A DNA stretch of 63,953 nucleotides, counting the filler, from Octopus bimaculoides (Eukaryota): the NCBI RefSeq assembly GCF_001194135.2. It is 8 parts of 7 records of this genome, joined end to end, with 100 filler letters (N's around TTAATTAATTAA, not from the genome) between each part and the next. Parts side by side here need not be neighbours in the genome. Positions count along the whole stretch, not along the records: positions 6,423 to 33,025 come from NC_068982.1; positions 33,126 to 47,481 come from NC_068989.1; 6 more parts are not named here. One strand, given 5' to 3'. This document shows, piece after piece, positions 24,517 through 37,763 of this stretch; positions within the stretch are counted from its first letter, which is position 1, and every line of letters starts with the position of its first letter. The notes under the pieces are model-generated. The model saw only the letters and a program-made list of their open reading frames with translations. It was not told the origin of the DNA and searched no databases. Both the position numbers and the translations under genes were made by a program.

Positions 24517-27500
24517 GGCGATAGAGGTGTGGCGATGTATGCAAGTTTGACCGGTTGGAAGCATAAAGTTACAAATCTGCACATAAGGCGGCAGGGTTCT
24601 TATCTTAACATCGCTAACATGTTTTTTATGGACAGGAACTGTTTTCGGTCTGAGCAGCCTTTTAAGGAGAACGCTGCTCACCTGGATATACTGGAAAGGT
24701 GCACTAAAAATTGTCTGTCCTTTCTTTGCTGATTAATTTACTGCAGTTAACGGTGGTTCAATTTAGCAGGAATGAACAAAGTATTAATATAAACAATGAT
24801 AACAAGTATGCAAGGAATAAGGTTTCTCTTAACCTGGCCTGTTAGAATATGAGAACCCTTTTAGATCGAGCTGATAGGCCTGAAAGGAGAACAGCTCTAT
24901 TAACTAAGGAGCTAAGGCGTCTAAATGTTGATATTGAAAGCTCGAAGATCATCTTGTCGAAAGAGCAGCAGATTTCACATTATTCTAGGTTGAGAAACCG
25001 ACGGGAGAGAAAAGAGAAGGTGGTATTGGGTTTGTAATTAGAAGTGATTTGCTAAAATACCTAGGACAACCACACAGCATAAGTAAACGCATAATGAAAC
25101 TCCGGATCCCTCTTTCTTGTGGACGTTTTGTAACTGTTTTCTCTATTAATGCTCCTACACTTTCTGCATTTTATGAGGAGCTTAGAAGAAGTATTCTGTC
25201 AGTCCCTTTGAATGAGAAGTTGGTTGTGCTTGGTGATTTTAATGCACGTGTTGGTAGAGACTATGGTGCTTGAATGTACTTGGGCATTACGGGATAGGAA
25301 AGGTGAACAGCAATGGGTTGCATCTGATACAAATGTGCCCTGAGATCGAGTTGGTTGTTGGGAATACTTTCTTTCATCATAAGTTGAAGCATAAAGTTAC
25401 CTGGATTCATCCAAGATCAAAGCAAGGTCACATGATTGACTTTGTATTAACTCGGAAAGCTGACTTACAAGATTTGTGCAATCTCAGACTATTGTGAGGT
25501 GCTGATTATGATACTGATCACAAAATGGTTAGGGCCAAATTCAAGTTCAGGGTCCGCACGAAAATTCGTAGTGCAGGTGTACGAGTACCAAAGAGAATTG
25601 ATGTACAGCAGCTAAAACAACCAGAGGTTTTGCAGTTATTTCAGGAGAGATGCAGCAATGTTGATTTTGAAGGTTCATGGCAATTTTTTCGGGATAGAAT
25701 ATATAAAATGAGGTGTTAGGTTTTAAGAGGGGACAGCACCAAGACTGGTTTGATTTCAATGATACAGTGATAAATGAGCTTTTAGCAACAAAGAGGGCCA
25801 CTAATGAAAAGTTTCTTGACCCAAACGTTAAGAGCAAAGTGCAACTAGAAAAGTTGTACAAGTCTCAGAAAGCAAACTTGCAAAAAGAACTCAAGAGGCT
25901 TAAAGACACTTGGTGGAGGAATTTGTCTGACGAAGTACAGGCAGTTTATAACAAGAAAGACATTAAAAGTTTTTATGTTTAACGCGGCTTTATTGCAGCA
26001 AGCTTTTGGACCGCAATCTTCATCATATGCTCCCTTGAAGTCAAAAGATGGAAATGAAGTTATTAACGGTCCTCCTGGAATAATGAATAGATGAAGAGGA
26101 ACACTTTGCAGAACTTTTCCACAATCCGTCTGTTGTGAATATGGATATCATAAACAATATCCCGCAAAGAGAGATAGTGCAACACGTGAACGATACACTT
26201 TCCATTGAAGAAGTAAAACAGGCATTATGCAAACTGAGATCAGGTAAAGCTCTTGGATTGGATCGTATTCCAGTTGAAATTCTGAAAGCAGGAGGAAATC
26301 ATATTTCATCTGAAATTCATAGCCTGATAACTCGAGTTTGGAATGAATCTTTTGTGCCACAGGAATGGATAAATGACATTCTAATCTCTATATACAAAGG
26401 TAAGGGTCTAAAAGCAGTGTATGGTAATTCTAGAAGGATAACTCTCATTGCACATACCGGGAAGATACTTTCAAAGACCATGTTAGATCGTCTCGTTGAG
26501 AATGTGTGTCCGCATATGATTCCTGAAGAACAGTGTGGTTTCAGACCTGAGCGAGCAACAATGGACATGTTATTTGCTGCGAGGCAGGTTCAGGAGAAAC
26601 GCTTAGAGGAACAAATGCCACTATACCAGGTCTTCATAGATTTAATTAAGGCATTTGACACGGTAAACAGGAAGGCACTGTGAATTGTTTTGTGTAAACT
26701 TGGTTGCCCAACACATTTTGTGAGCATCTTTAAGGAACTTCACAGAAACAAGAAAGCTCAGGTGGTCTTTAATGGCGAGCTATTACATGAATTTTTGGTG
26801 TACAACGGTGTTAAACAGGGAGATATTCCTGCCCCTACACTTTTCTCTATTTATTTTGCTGCATTGCTATGGTATGCTTTCAAGGATTGCATCAGGAGAA
26901 GCAGAATCAGATTTCGGACATCTGGTCGCATTTTAAATTTGACTCGGTTTAACTGCAAAGAAAAGACTTTCAAAATACTTGTTAGAGAATTACTTTATAC
27001 TGATAATGCTGATTTGTTGACACCCTCAGAGGGGGATATGCAACATATTTTCCACTGCATGTGTACATTTAGGGCTCACAATTAGTCTGGAAAAAACCAA
27101 TGTAATGTTTACTCCCGTACCAGAACAAACATATTCTGAACCAAACATTTTTGTGAATGGAACAAGGTTAGGAGTCGTTGACACCTTTGTTTACTTTGGA
27201 AGCACACTGTCAAGAGATGGTAGTTTTGATGCAGAGATATACTATTGAATAGGGAAGGCAAATGTTGCATTTGGAAAGCTCGAAAAGCGAATATGGGTTG
27301 ATAGAGGTATTTCCTTGCAGACAAAATCAGTGTCTATAAAACGTGAGTATTGACTGCACTTCTCTATTCAGGTGAGACGTGGACCACTTACAAGCGTCAT
27401 ATAAAAATGCTGGAGAGATTTCATCAAAAGGGCCTCAGACGTATCTTAGGAGTCAAGTGGGGATGTTTCATACCAGATACAGAAGTTTTGCGCATCGCAC

Positions 27501-28211
27501 GTTGTAGCTCAATTGAACAACATGTGATCTTGTCTCAAATGAGATGGACTGGACATGCTATTAGAATGAAAGACGAGCGATTGCCAAAGCGTCTTTTTTT
27601 ATGGCGAGCTCAACTCTGGTAAGCGACCATAACATAAACCGAGGAAAAGGCATAAAGACTGCGTGAAGGAAAACCTGAGGAAACTAGATATGAACAAAAG
27701 TGATTGGGAAAATGATGTTCTAGATCGGAACAAGTGGAGAGGTGCTGTTTGGACTGGTTGCAATGCCTGGGAGGAAAATATGATTCCGCAATCTGAGCTT
27801 AAAGGGAGCTGTGACAAAGGAACAATTGGAACTGTAATCAACAGTGAATATTGGATATGTTTTAGATGTGATCGTGTTCTGTTGTCAAAAGCAGGATACG
27901 TGAATCGAAATTCCCACACAGGTAATAATCTTGGACACCAACTACCTCTTACGACTTGTGTCATATGTCACAAAACCTGTAAGACAATATATGGACTTAA
28001 AATATAGCTCACAAAAAAACATTACTACAAAATCAAATTCCAAAGGGCAAAAATATAGAAGTAACATGAATAATATGTCATTTGTGTTTTAAACCCTGTC
28101 AGGCAGCAGCTGGTCTTAAAAGTCATCTAAGGGTTCATCAACGGAGTGATTGTGCTGTTTGATGGGATGTAGGGTGTGTTGATGGTACGGCTATCATCTG
28201 TCAAGATGAAG
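24500..28211 (+). mobile_element. Near full-length decayed RTE-clade LINE (APE endonuclease, RT, C-terminal zinc fingers), many stops and frameshifts
   Basis: Colinear ORF pieces: MRTLLDRADRPERRTALLTKEL (APE N-terminus), VLGDFNARVG, HMIDFVL, GKALGLDRIPVEILK, PEEQCGFR, FIDLIKAFDTVNR, GVKQGDIPAPTLFS, ELLYTDNADL (degenerate YADD, about 26996), LLYSGETW, MRWTGH. The 5' boundary is approximate. Confidence 0.95.
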
Positions 28212-28221
28212 NNNNNNNNNN

Positions 28222-28260
<39 letters not shown>

Positions 28261-28868
28261 GTATTATAGTATTTCATATATCATACATTGCACACACATA
28301 CATACATATATTTATATGTATTATACATACGCATAATCTATCTATCTATATAAAATAGTGTACATTTAAACACAAGGGAAACTGCCTTCAACAAGCAGTT
28401 TTACACGCTAGAAGCAGTCAAAACGACTAAAATCACATATAAGAGCAATCTTCAAAAGGATGAAAAATAAAAACTTTTACCTTGTTATTTTATTCCGTCA
28501 GACCCAGATCTCAATTTTTTTTTAGCAAATAAAATAATTTGTTAGATGAATTTCTCATCAGTGACCGCGCCGTAACATTAACATATAATTAAGAGACGAC
28601 TAACACGCGTCTCATCGTTAGACATTATAATTTTTCAAATTCACCGCTCAAGCGCAGCTTCAGTCGGCAGTAAATGAATATATGCCGAACTAATCTTCTA
28701 AAAATTGCTAAAAACATATACGTAAAATATAGGATAGCGGTTTTTTTATAGAAATTTCACAACCACTGGCCTAGTATGTATAAAAAGTCAATCTATGTAT
28801 ATATATTTGACCGTTGACTGAACACTATTCAATTTTTTTTCTCCGTGTTTTTCTCCTTGTCTCCGTAT

Positions 28869-28905
28869 TCTTTCTGTTGAAGAGCATAGCTCGAAACGTC
28901 AAAGA
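28869..28905 (+). ncRNA. Minimal type-I hammerhead-ribozyme-like motif (A6U core variant, GUC site)
   Basis: TCTTT-CTGTTGA-A-GAGC(ATA)GCTC-GAAAC-GTC-AAAGA: 5-bp stem I, 4-bp stem II, palindromic ACGT stem III. Confidence 0.6.
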
Positions 28906-28995
28906 CTTTCCGTATTCCCGAGCGTCATACTAATATATACTTTTGTTATTTACACCACCTGTCCTCGTCTGTTGTTATTATTTGTATATTCTCCC

Positions 28996-29036
<41 letters not shown>

Positions 29037-29725
29037 TAGATAGATAGATAGATATATCATATATATGTACATGTATATGTCTGTGTATATATATATATAT
29101 GTTTATACATATATACACATACAGACATACATTCATGCACACATGCGCACACTCACACACACACACGCACACACGCACACACACACATACACACTCACAT
29201 ACATATGCATGTATATATATATAAAATGTATTGTAGTTAATAATTACATCAATATTTGATCAATATTTCAGTATATAGACTTACACACATTTATCTAATC
29301 GTATTATTTAACATTAATCATTCACTTCGATCTATAAAAATTTCTTTTTTCTTTTTCTTTCGTCGGAAGCATTTTATCCATTTATTTGGTGTATTTCTAC
29401 TTAAATGTACCTGTAACTTCTAGATAATTCAAAATTAAGCTTAAATGTGTGTGTGTGTGTAAACAGAGAGAAAATGGAGAAAAGTTTACCGAGAAATAGT
29501 GAATAATGGAAAATACAAATAAAAAATGAATAAATAAACAGCTAACTTGTGTTTTTACTATTTTATTAATGTAATAAAATAGGTTAATATTTTCCACAAG
29601 CTATATATTACCTTATTAAACATATTTGTACAATTAAATTACAAACATGCGACCTCTAAACAATATAATACCTGACTAGAGGAGAGTATAACAGCTTAAT
29701 TTAGATTCTCCCAATATTACTGATA

Positions 29726-29806
29726 CAGTAATCCCCCTACTATCGCGGGTGCTACGTTCCAAAACCCCACGTGATAGGTGAACCGCGATATGGCGAAGGA
29801 TTACTG
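29726..29806. mobile_element. Complete 81-bp Tigger/pogo-like MITE with TA target-site duplication
   Basis: TA-CAGTAATCC...ATCGCGG // CCGCGAT...GGATTACTG-TA; TA at 29724-29725 and 29807-29808. Confidence 0.85.
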
Positions 29807-29812
29807 TATGTA

Positions 29813-30410
29813 CAAGGTGTCTCCCAAAAATGTATACACACTTTAACAGCTGACAAATTTAGATTCAAGCCATAAGAGATAATGAAGGGGACCAGAACAA
29901 GGTTTGAACAAAGGAAATTTATTTTGAAGTATCACTTGAAGTTTGAATACGTAGTCGAATTGCAAAGAAAATTTAGGAGGGGACTTCAAACAGGTCAACC
30001 AACGCGATTTTCTCTCACTCGAATAAGAGATAAGTTTGAAGCAGACGAAACTTCAGAATAATCCACAAGAAACGTTTTGGAATCCCGCAGACATCGACGA
30101 GTCCCACAACGCAAGAAACGTTTTGCCACAGTTCAAGAAAATCTGTAGGACAAGCAAGTCTTGAGATTGGAATTTCAAAATCAAGCATCCATCGCATTTT
30201 GAAGCACCGTCATTGGAAAAGTTAGATTCCAAGAATAGTCTACGCTCGCAATAGTCTATGTTCTCAATGAAGTGGTCTTTGATAGGACGTGCAGAAGGTG
30301 CACACTTTCCAGCAGAGATTGTTTAGAGTATTTAAGGCTTGTAGCCTTTAACTTACACTGGCTCAATTAACCGTCACAGTTGCACCTATTGGAGACCTGA
30401 GAGTCTACAT
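29813..30410 (+). mobile_element. Tc1/mariner-superfamily transposon 5' part (DUF4817-type HTH transposase, decayed)
   Basis: TA+CAAGGTGTCTCCC terminus; MKGTRTRFEQRKFILK...TRIRDKFEAD...RKSVGQASLEIGISKSSIHRILK, and a later NRHSCTYW motif. Confidence 0.8.
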
Positions 30411-30617
30411 TTAGCAATCCCGAAAGGATGAAAAGCGAAGTCATAAAACGATTTCAATACAGTAAAAATAAGAGCATCACAACAAACCACAGCACATACC
30501 CAAGGCACACAAAGCTGCGCTTGATAGTGCAGTAAAAGCACCTGATAAAAATAAGACTATTGAATACTACTACTACTACTACTACTGATGATGATAATGA
30601 TGATGATGATGATGATG

Positions 30618-30654
<37 letters not shown>

Positions 30655-30655
<1 letters not shown>

Positions 30656-31012
30656 CCTTTCTACTATAGGTATAAGGCCTGAAATTTGTGGGGTGGGGTA
30701 GTCCGCCAGTACTCAACTGGTACTTAATTTATCGACCCGGAAAGGATGAAAGGCAAAGTCGACCTCGGCGGAATTTGAACTCAGAACACAGCGGTAGACG
30801 AAAATTTCTAATTTGGGCACAAGGCCAGGAAATTTGGGAGAAGGAAGAAAATCGATTACATTTACCCCAGTCCTTCAACTGGCACTTATTTTTTCGACCC
30901 CGAAAGGATGAAGGCAAAGTCGACCTTGGCGTAATTTGAATTTAGAACAAAATGGGTCGGAAGAAATATTGCCTCAGCTGCGTTTGGTCCGACGCACTAA
31001 CAATTCTGCCAG
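30655..31012 (-). mobile_element. Two tandem SINE family A copies next to an (AAT)n/(GAT)n tract
   Basis: GGATGAA(A)GGCAAAGTCGACC occurs at about 30745 and 30907. Confidence 0.85.
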
Positions 31013-31452
31013 TTCAATAAGAATATTGTAATCTGGCATCGATGAAATAGCTTGCTCTGTATGTAGGTCATTGATATACACAGACTTGTAGTTAGACTTA
31101 TCAACAGTAAGTTTGGCTACCAGATTTTCTTGACGTACATCACTCTCCTTTGATTTCCACAAACTGCGGAGATGTGTCCTATGTTCATCTAACTCTCAGC
31201 ATGCATTATCGACTTTTCCTTCCTCTCTCTTTCTCCTCCAGTAAACAAGACTTGCAGATTTTAATCTTCAGTCTTATTCTCACCAACTTAACTAAAAGCA
31301 ATCTTGGATTCAGATCACGTTTTAAGCAAATCACATCCATTTCGCTTCAAATCTTTCCTAGTAAACGGAGAAGATACTCCGTGAAGAAGCCATTAATATG
31401 TACGTGTTCCCGTGTATGCACGCGTGCGTGTATGCGTACGTGTATTAGTGTT

Positions 31453-31525
<73 letters not shown>

Positions 31526-32087
31526 NNNNNNNNNNNNNNNNNNNNNNNNNNNNNNNNNNNNNNNNNNNNNNNNNNNNNNNNNNNNNNNNNNNNNNNNNNN
31601 NNNNNNNNNNNNNNNNNNNNNNNNNNNNNNNNNNNNNNNNNNNNNNNNNNNNNNNNNNNNNNNNNNNNNNNNNNNNNNNNNNNNNNNNNNNNNNNNNNNN
31701 NNNNNNNNNNNNNNNNNNNNNNNNNNNNNNNNNNNNNNNNNNNNNNNNNNNNNNNNNNNNNNNNNNNNNNNNNNNNNNNNNNNNNNNNNNNNNNNNNNNN
31801 NNNNNNNNNNNNNNNNNNNNNNNNNNNNNNNNNNNNNNNNNNNNNNNNNNNNNNNNNNNNNNNNNNNNNNNNNNNNNNNNNNNNNNNNNNNNNNNNNNNN
31901 NNNNNNNNNNNNNNNNNNNNNNNNNNNNNNNNNNNNNNNNNNNNNNNNNNNNNNNNNNNNNNNNNNNNNNNNNNNNNNNNNNNNNNNNNNNNNNNNNNNN
32001 NNNNNNNNNNNNNNNNNNNNNNNNNNNNNNNNNNNNNNNNNNNNNNNNNNNNNNNNNNNNNNNNNNNNNNNNNNNNACACACAAACA

Positions 32088-32322
32088 AAGGCGGCGAGCT
32101 GGCAGAAACGTTAGCACGCCGGGCGAAGTGCTTAGCGGTATTTCGTCTACCGCTACGTTCTGAGTTCAAATTCCGCCGAGGTCGACTCTGCCTTTCATCC
32201 TTTCGGGGTCGATTAAATAAGTACCAGTTACGCACTGGGGTCGGTATAATCGACTTAATCCGTTTGTCTGTCCTTGTTTGTCCCCTCTGTGTGTAGCCCC
32301 TTGTGGGTAGTAAAGAAATAAC
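32088..32322 (+). mobile_element. SINE family A, full copy
   Basis: Complete head, body and tail. Confidence 0.92.
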
Positions 32323-32850
32323 ACACACACACACTGATATAAAATATATATACATATACATACACACACATATATATCGGTATAATATAAAGACACTCAT
32401 CATCATAAGATCGTGGTTTCGATCTGGTGCGTTGTGTTCTCTAGCAAAAACACTTCATGTTGCTCCGGTTCATTCAGCTGTAAATGGGAAGCCCAGCAAC
32501 GAACTGGGCTACCCATTTCGTTCAGGGAAAGTGTTGGCCTGACAACCTAGGAGTGCTATCATTCGAAAGCTACAGCTATGCAAAAAGGGTATTGTGACCA
32601 GCGATGTATAACAACATCCGATAGTCTGGTCGATACAGTAGTCTTTAGGATATTCTTTATCAGAGGTTATTAGTAAATGTATTACATATCCTTTATATAT
32701 ATATAACACACACATACTCAAAAAACCACCTGTTGACCTTCTACCTAACACTGCCTATAAGCGTCCACCAACCATTCCTGCTACTAATTCCTTCCACTAC
32801 GTCATACACACACACACACAAACACACTAACAGATAAACCACCAAACCAT

Positions 32851-32889
<39 letters not shown>

Positions 32890-33508
32890 TACGCACACAC
32901 ACGTTCTGTTATCACACACACACTCGCAGACTCTCGCGCACGCACAGATATTCATCTCCCTTTTTCACTCTCCTGTCTTAGAAAGAACTTTTCCCCCACC
33001 ACCTCCTCTTCCGGTCTTTTCACAANNNNNNNNNNNNNNNNNNNNNNNNNNNNNNNNNNNNNNNNNNNNTTAATTAATTAANNNNNNNNNNNNNNNNNNN
33101 NNNNNNNNNNNNNNNNNNNNNNNNNCTGTCAGTATAACAAACAGGAGAGAGTGATTTGGCAGACCATTGGAATTACCAAAACATAACATATATACTGTCA
33201 GGTCAGGAGGTCAGGAGGTCAGGAGGTCAGAGGGTGTCTCAGATGTCAACAGATCAAATTCCCTAAATTTCAGTAGAGGCAGGCGAGGTGGGAAATGGTG
33301 GGTGTGAAGTAATGTAATTGGCTACTGGGCCGGCCCCGGGTGGATGGGATTGAGGAAACGGAGAGAGACAGGGAGAGAGACAGATAGAGGATGAGAGAGG
33401 GAGAAAGAGAGAGAGAGAGAGAAGGAAAGAGCGTGTGTATGTATGCATATATACGCATATCTATCTATCTAGTTATCCATCCATCCATCTTTTCATCCGT
33501 CTGCCTGC

Positions 33509-33578
<70 letters not shown>

Positions 33579-33604
33579 GTCTATCTTACCGCCTGCTCGT
33601 CTGC

Positions 33605-33674
<70 letters not shown>

Positions 33675-34654
33675 TGCGTGTATAGTAGAAAGTGTGTGTG
33701 TGTGGGGGTGTATTGGTGGGCAAGGATTAAGGAAGAGGATAAAATGAAAAATAAACGGCGGAAATATGCTCCATCCACCTCCGTCTCCTCCTCAACATGA
33801 TTATCGTTATCATCGACATCATCATCATCATCATCGTTGTTGTCATCGTCGTCGTCATTGTCATCCTCTTCTCTCTCCTCCGCTTTTACATCCTCTTTCT
33901 CCCTCCTCCTTTTCATCATTATCATAATCATTTTTATTAACGTTAACGCTACTATGAAGACTGACGTTTATAACACGACCATCACTAAACCCGCCATCTT
34001 TACTCCCCCACTCCCCAACACCACCTCCACCATCATCGTCACTATCACTGAAATAATATTTGATCTTTATCCACGCCTTCATCCTCTTGATGTTGATGGA
34101 AATGATGATGATGATGATGATGATGATAAGCATCCTCGTCCTCATCACACCATTATCACAACATGTTCAGCATGTTTGTCGTCTTCGACGCCGTCATTGC
34201 CGTCATTTTTCTCTTCCTTCTTTTCTTTTTCTCCTTCTCCACCCCCTCAGCATCTGACAAAAAAGAAAAGAACAGAAAAAGAAAAAGTAAATCTCAAATT
34301 TCTGCAACAAACATTAATGGCATTAAAAACACATTTATGGAACTAATTCAAGAAACAGTCTTACAACCTGAACACAGAAGACTTACCATTCAAAATTATA
34401 CTTAAATCAAACTTGACAGACCTTTCCACAACAGGGGTGGTCTTATACATGTATTAAATATATAGATATCATAAAATAACATTCGTAAACTAGTAGGGTA
34501 TGATACTATACATGAAATGCAGGTTTTAAATATAAAACCAGCAACACCTAATACACTAATGAGGGTGAATGATTAATTATCTGCAGTTTCCAGTTGAAGC
34601 TTGCGCTGCAGTGAACAGAGGGAGATTACACCAAAATATTATAAGTTGTTAGTG

Positions 34655-34799
34655 GAAAATCAATACTTATTTAATCAACCACGGAAGAATGAAAGGCGAA
34701 GTCGATCCCGGAAGAATTTGAACTCAGAACGTAGCGGCAGACGAAATACCGCTAAGCATTTCGCCCGGCGTGCTAACAATTCTGCTAGCTCGCCGCCTT
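34655..34799 (-). mobile_element. SINE family A, 5' part
   Basis: Homology to the family A head. Confidence 0.88.
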
Positions 34800-35051
34800 A
34801 ACTCACCTTATCATAATAAACATGGAAATATCATCAGCGTGCTCATTAATATCGCCACCAGGTTCTATACTCCAATTACAATATTTTAACATCCTCATAA
34901 ACACTATCATTGGAAGAAACGTTACTGATTATCTAAACATCCAGGCTTTCCAACAATATAGATAACAATTGAGATCACAATTAAACTCCCTTTATATAAG
35001 AAACCATATACATCATATGGACCCTGGGGATCCACTACGCCTTATGCCTAC

Positions 35052-35175
35052 GGGCATATGGTGTAGTGGTGAAGAGCGTAGGCTACTGACCCCAAGAGTC
35101 TGAGTTCGATTCCAGGAAGTGACCTGAATAATGTAAATAATGTACATAATTCCTCATATCTTAAATATAGAACTA

Positions 35176-35212
<37 letters not shown>

Positions 35213-35350
35213 TACATTATTTAGATTTGAACCAAGGTTCGAAATTCCCCCAAGACACCTGATGACGGCTGGAGGGTATATCAGCCGAAACGTGTTAACA
35301 ACAAACAAGATGAAGACAAATATCTATCAAATGTAAATAATGTAAATAAT
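35052..35350 (+). mobile_element. tRNA-headed element carrying a hammerhead-like motif
   Basis: A-box TGGTGTAGTGG at 35059-35069, B-box GAGTTCGATTCC at 35102-35113; CTGATGA-c-GGCTG/CAGCC-GAAAC at 35259-35291. Confidence 0.7.
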
Positions 35351-36460
35351 TTAGCAGCCTCTTTCTGGCTCAGCTTAAACAAGTTTTCTCAGTGAGTGCT
35401 ATTGGAAACCTATATAAGTGAAGGGGCGAAAAACAAAATAAGAATTTTGAAGGAAGTATCCGATTGGCAATGGAGGGTCCACCAAAATAAAATAGTAATG
35501 AAAGGGGTTCCATTTCTCTTTCTATCTGCCTTGCTCCCTATCTCACACACATATACATTTAAACACATACAGATACTCACAAATATATGCTAAATATATG
35601 TGAATGCATCTACATATATACACACACACACACTCGCATATCTGGATACCAAAGACAGTATTTTGAACTGTTTCTTTTGGACAGCCATGTTGCAAAAGAT
35701 AAGCCTCCTTAACCTATTGGCCGCCGCCGCCGCCGCCACCACCACCACCACCACTATCATCATTATCATCATAATCACAACACAGTTACACNNNNNNNNN
35801 NNNNNNNNNNNNNNNNNNNNNNNNNNNNNNNNNNNNNNNNNNNNNNNNNNNNNNNNNNNNNNNNNNNNNNNNNNNNNNNNNNNNNNNNNNNNNNNNNNNN
35901 NNNNNNNNNNNNNNNNNNNNNNNNNNNNNNNNNNNNNNNNNNNNNNNNNNNNNNNNNNNNNNNNNNNNNNNNNNNNNNNNNNNNNNNNNNNNNNNNNNNN
36001 NNNNNNNNNNNNNNNNNNNNNNNNNNNNNNNNNNNNNNNNNNNNNNNNNNNNNNNNNNNNNNNNNNNNNNNNNNNNNNNNNNNNNNNNNNNNNNNNNNNN
36101 NNNNNNNNNNNNNNNNNNNNNNNNNNNNNNNNNNNNNNNNNNNNNNNNNNNNNNNNNNNNNNNNNNNNNNNNNNNNNNNNNNNNNNNNNNNNNNNNNNNN
36201 NNNNNNNNNNNNNNNNNNNNNNNNNNNNNNNNNNNNNNNNNNNNNNNNNNNNNNNNNNNNNNNNNNNNNNNNNNNNNNNNNNNNNNNNNNNNNNNNNNNN
36301 NNNNNNNNNNNNNNNNNNNNNNNNNNNNNNNNNNNNNNNNNNNNNNNNNNNNNNNNNNNNNNNNNNNNNNNNNNNNNNNNNNNNNNNNNNNNNNNNNNNN
36401 NNNNNNNNNNNNNNNNNNNNNNNNNNNNNNNNNNNNNNNNNNNNNNNNNNNNNNNNNNNN

Positions 36461-36519
<59 letters not shown>

Positions 36520-36755
36520 TATCTCTGCGTCTCTACTTCTCAGTCCATCTATCATCGATCTTTGTCTATCTGTTTGACACTATTTTTATGTCCTCAATCT
36601 CTCGATGTTATGTATACACACATACATACATACATACACACATGAATGCATACATACATACATACATACATATACACACACATACATGTAGGCATGTATG
36701 TGTGTATGTATATATATTTATACACACACACACACACACACACTATATATATATA

Positions 36756-37168
36756 GGCGCAGGAATGGCTGTGTGGTAAGTAGTTTGCTTACCAGTCATA
36801 TGGTTCCGGTTTCAGTGTCCCACTGCGTCGCACCTTGAGCAAGTGTCTTCCACTATAGGCTCGGGCGACCAAGGCCTTTTGAATAGATTTGGTAGAGTGG
36901 ATTTTGGTAAACTGAAAGAAGCCCGTCGTATGTATATACATGTGTGTGTGTGTGTCTGTGTGCCTGTGTTTGTTCAACCCACCATCGCTTGACAACCGCT
37001 GATTGTAAGTTTACGTCCCCGTAACCTAGCGGTTCGGCAAAAGAGACCGATAGAATAAGTACTATGCTTATAAAGAATAAGTCCTGAGGTCGATCTGTTC
37101 GACTGAAAGGCAGTGCTCCAGCAAGGCCGCAGTCAAATGACTAAAACAAGTAGAAGAATAAAAGAATA
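36756..37168 (+). mobile_element. SINE family B, full copy
   Basis: Same head, CORE-like motif and tail ending ...CTAAAACAAGTAGAAGAATAAAAG. Confidence 0.9.
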
Positions 37169-37359
37169 TGCGTGTGTGTTATTTTCTCTAAGTTTCGTAC
37201 GTCTGCATCGACAAGTATGGCTTCCGGACCTGATTACATTAACCCCTCCTCTTCTTAACTTCGTTTCTTTGTTTCTGTCTTCTTCGCGGTTTCCTCTCCT
37301 TCCTCTCGTCATATGTGTATGCACGCATGTGTGTAGATGTGTCTCTCTGTGTGAGCGTG

Positions 37360-37418
<59 letters not shown>

Positions 37419-37586
37419 TTAGTTATATATAAATAGATAGATATACACATACATACATGAATATGTATATATATACACGCAAAGAGATATGTATACACAT
37501 TCGTACATGAATGTATGCATGTATGTATGTATGTATGTATGTATGTATGTATGTATGTATGTATGTATGTATGTATGCATGTATAT

Positions 37587-37618
<32 letters not shown>

Positions 37619-37705
37619 AACGTATATAATATATGCAATTTATACATATATGCTGATATAGTTTATAAGTCTCTCTCTATATATATGTGAAAATCTCTCT
37701 ATCTC

Positions 37706-37763
<58 letters not shown>

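Noticed and set aside
33581-34405. 169-aa and overlapping ORFs rich in S, D, I and T
   Set aside because: Trinucleotide repeats and low complexity; no domain or supported splice structure.
35052-35125. tRNA gene call (also for the SINE heads at 14384, 36756 and others)
   Set aside because: A and B boxes are present but no complete cloverleaf acceptor stem, and the sequence continues into repeat bodies.
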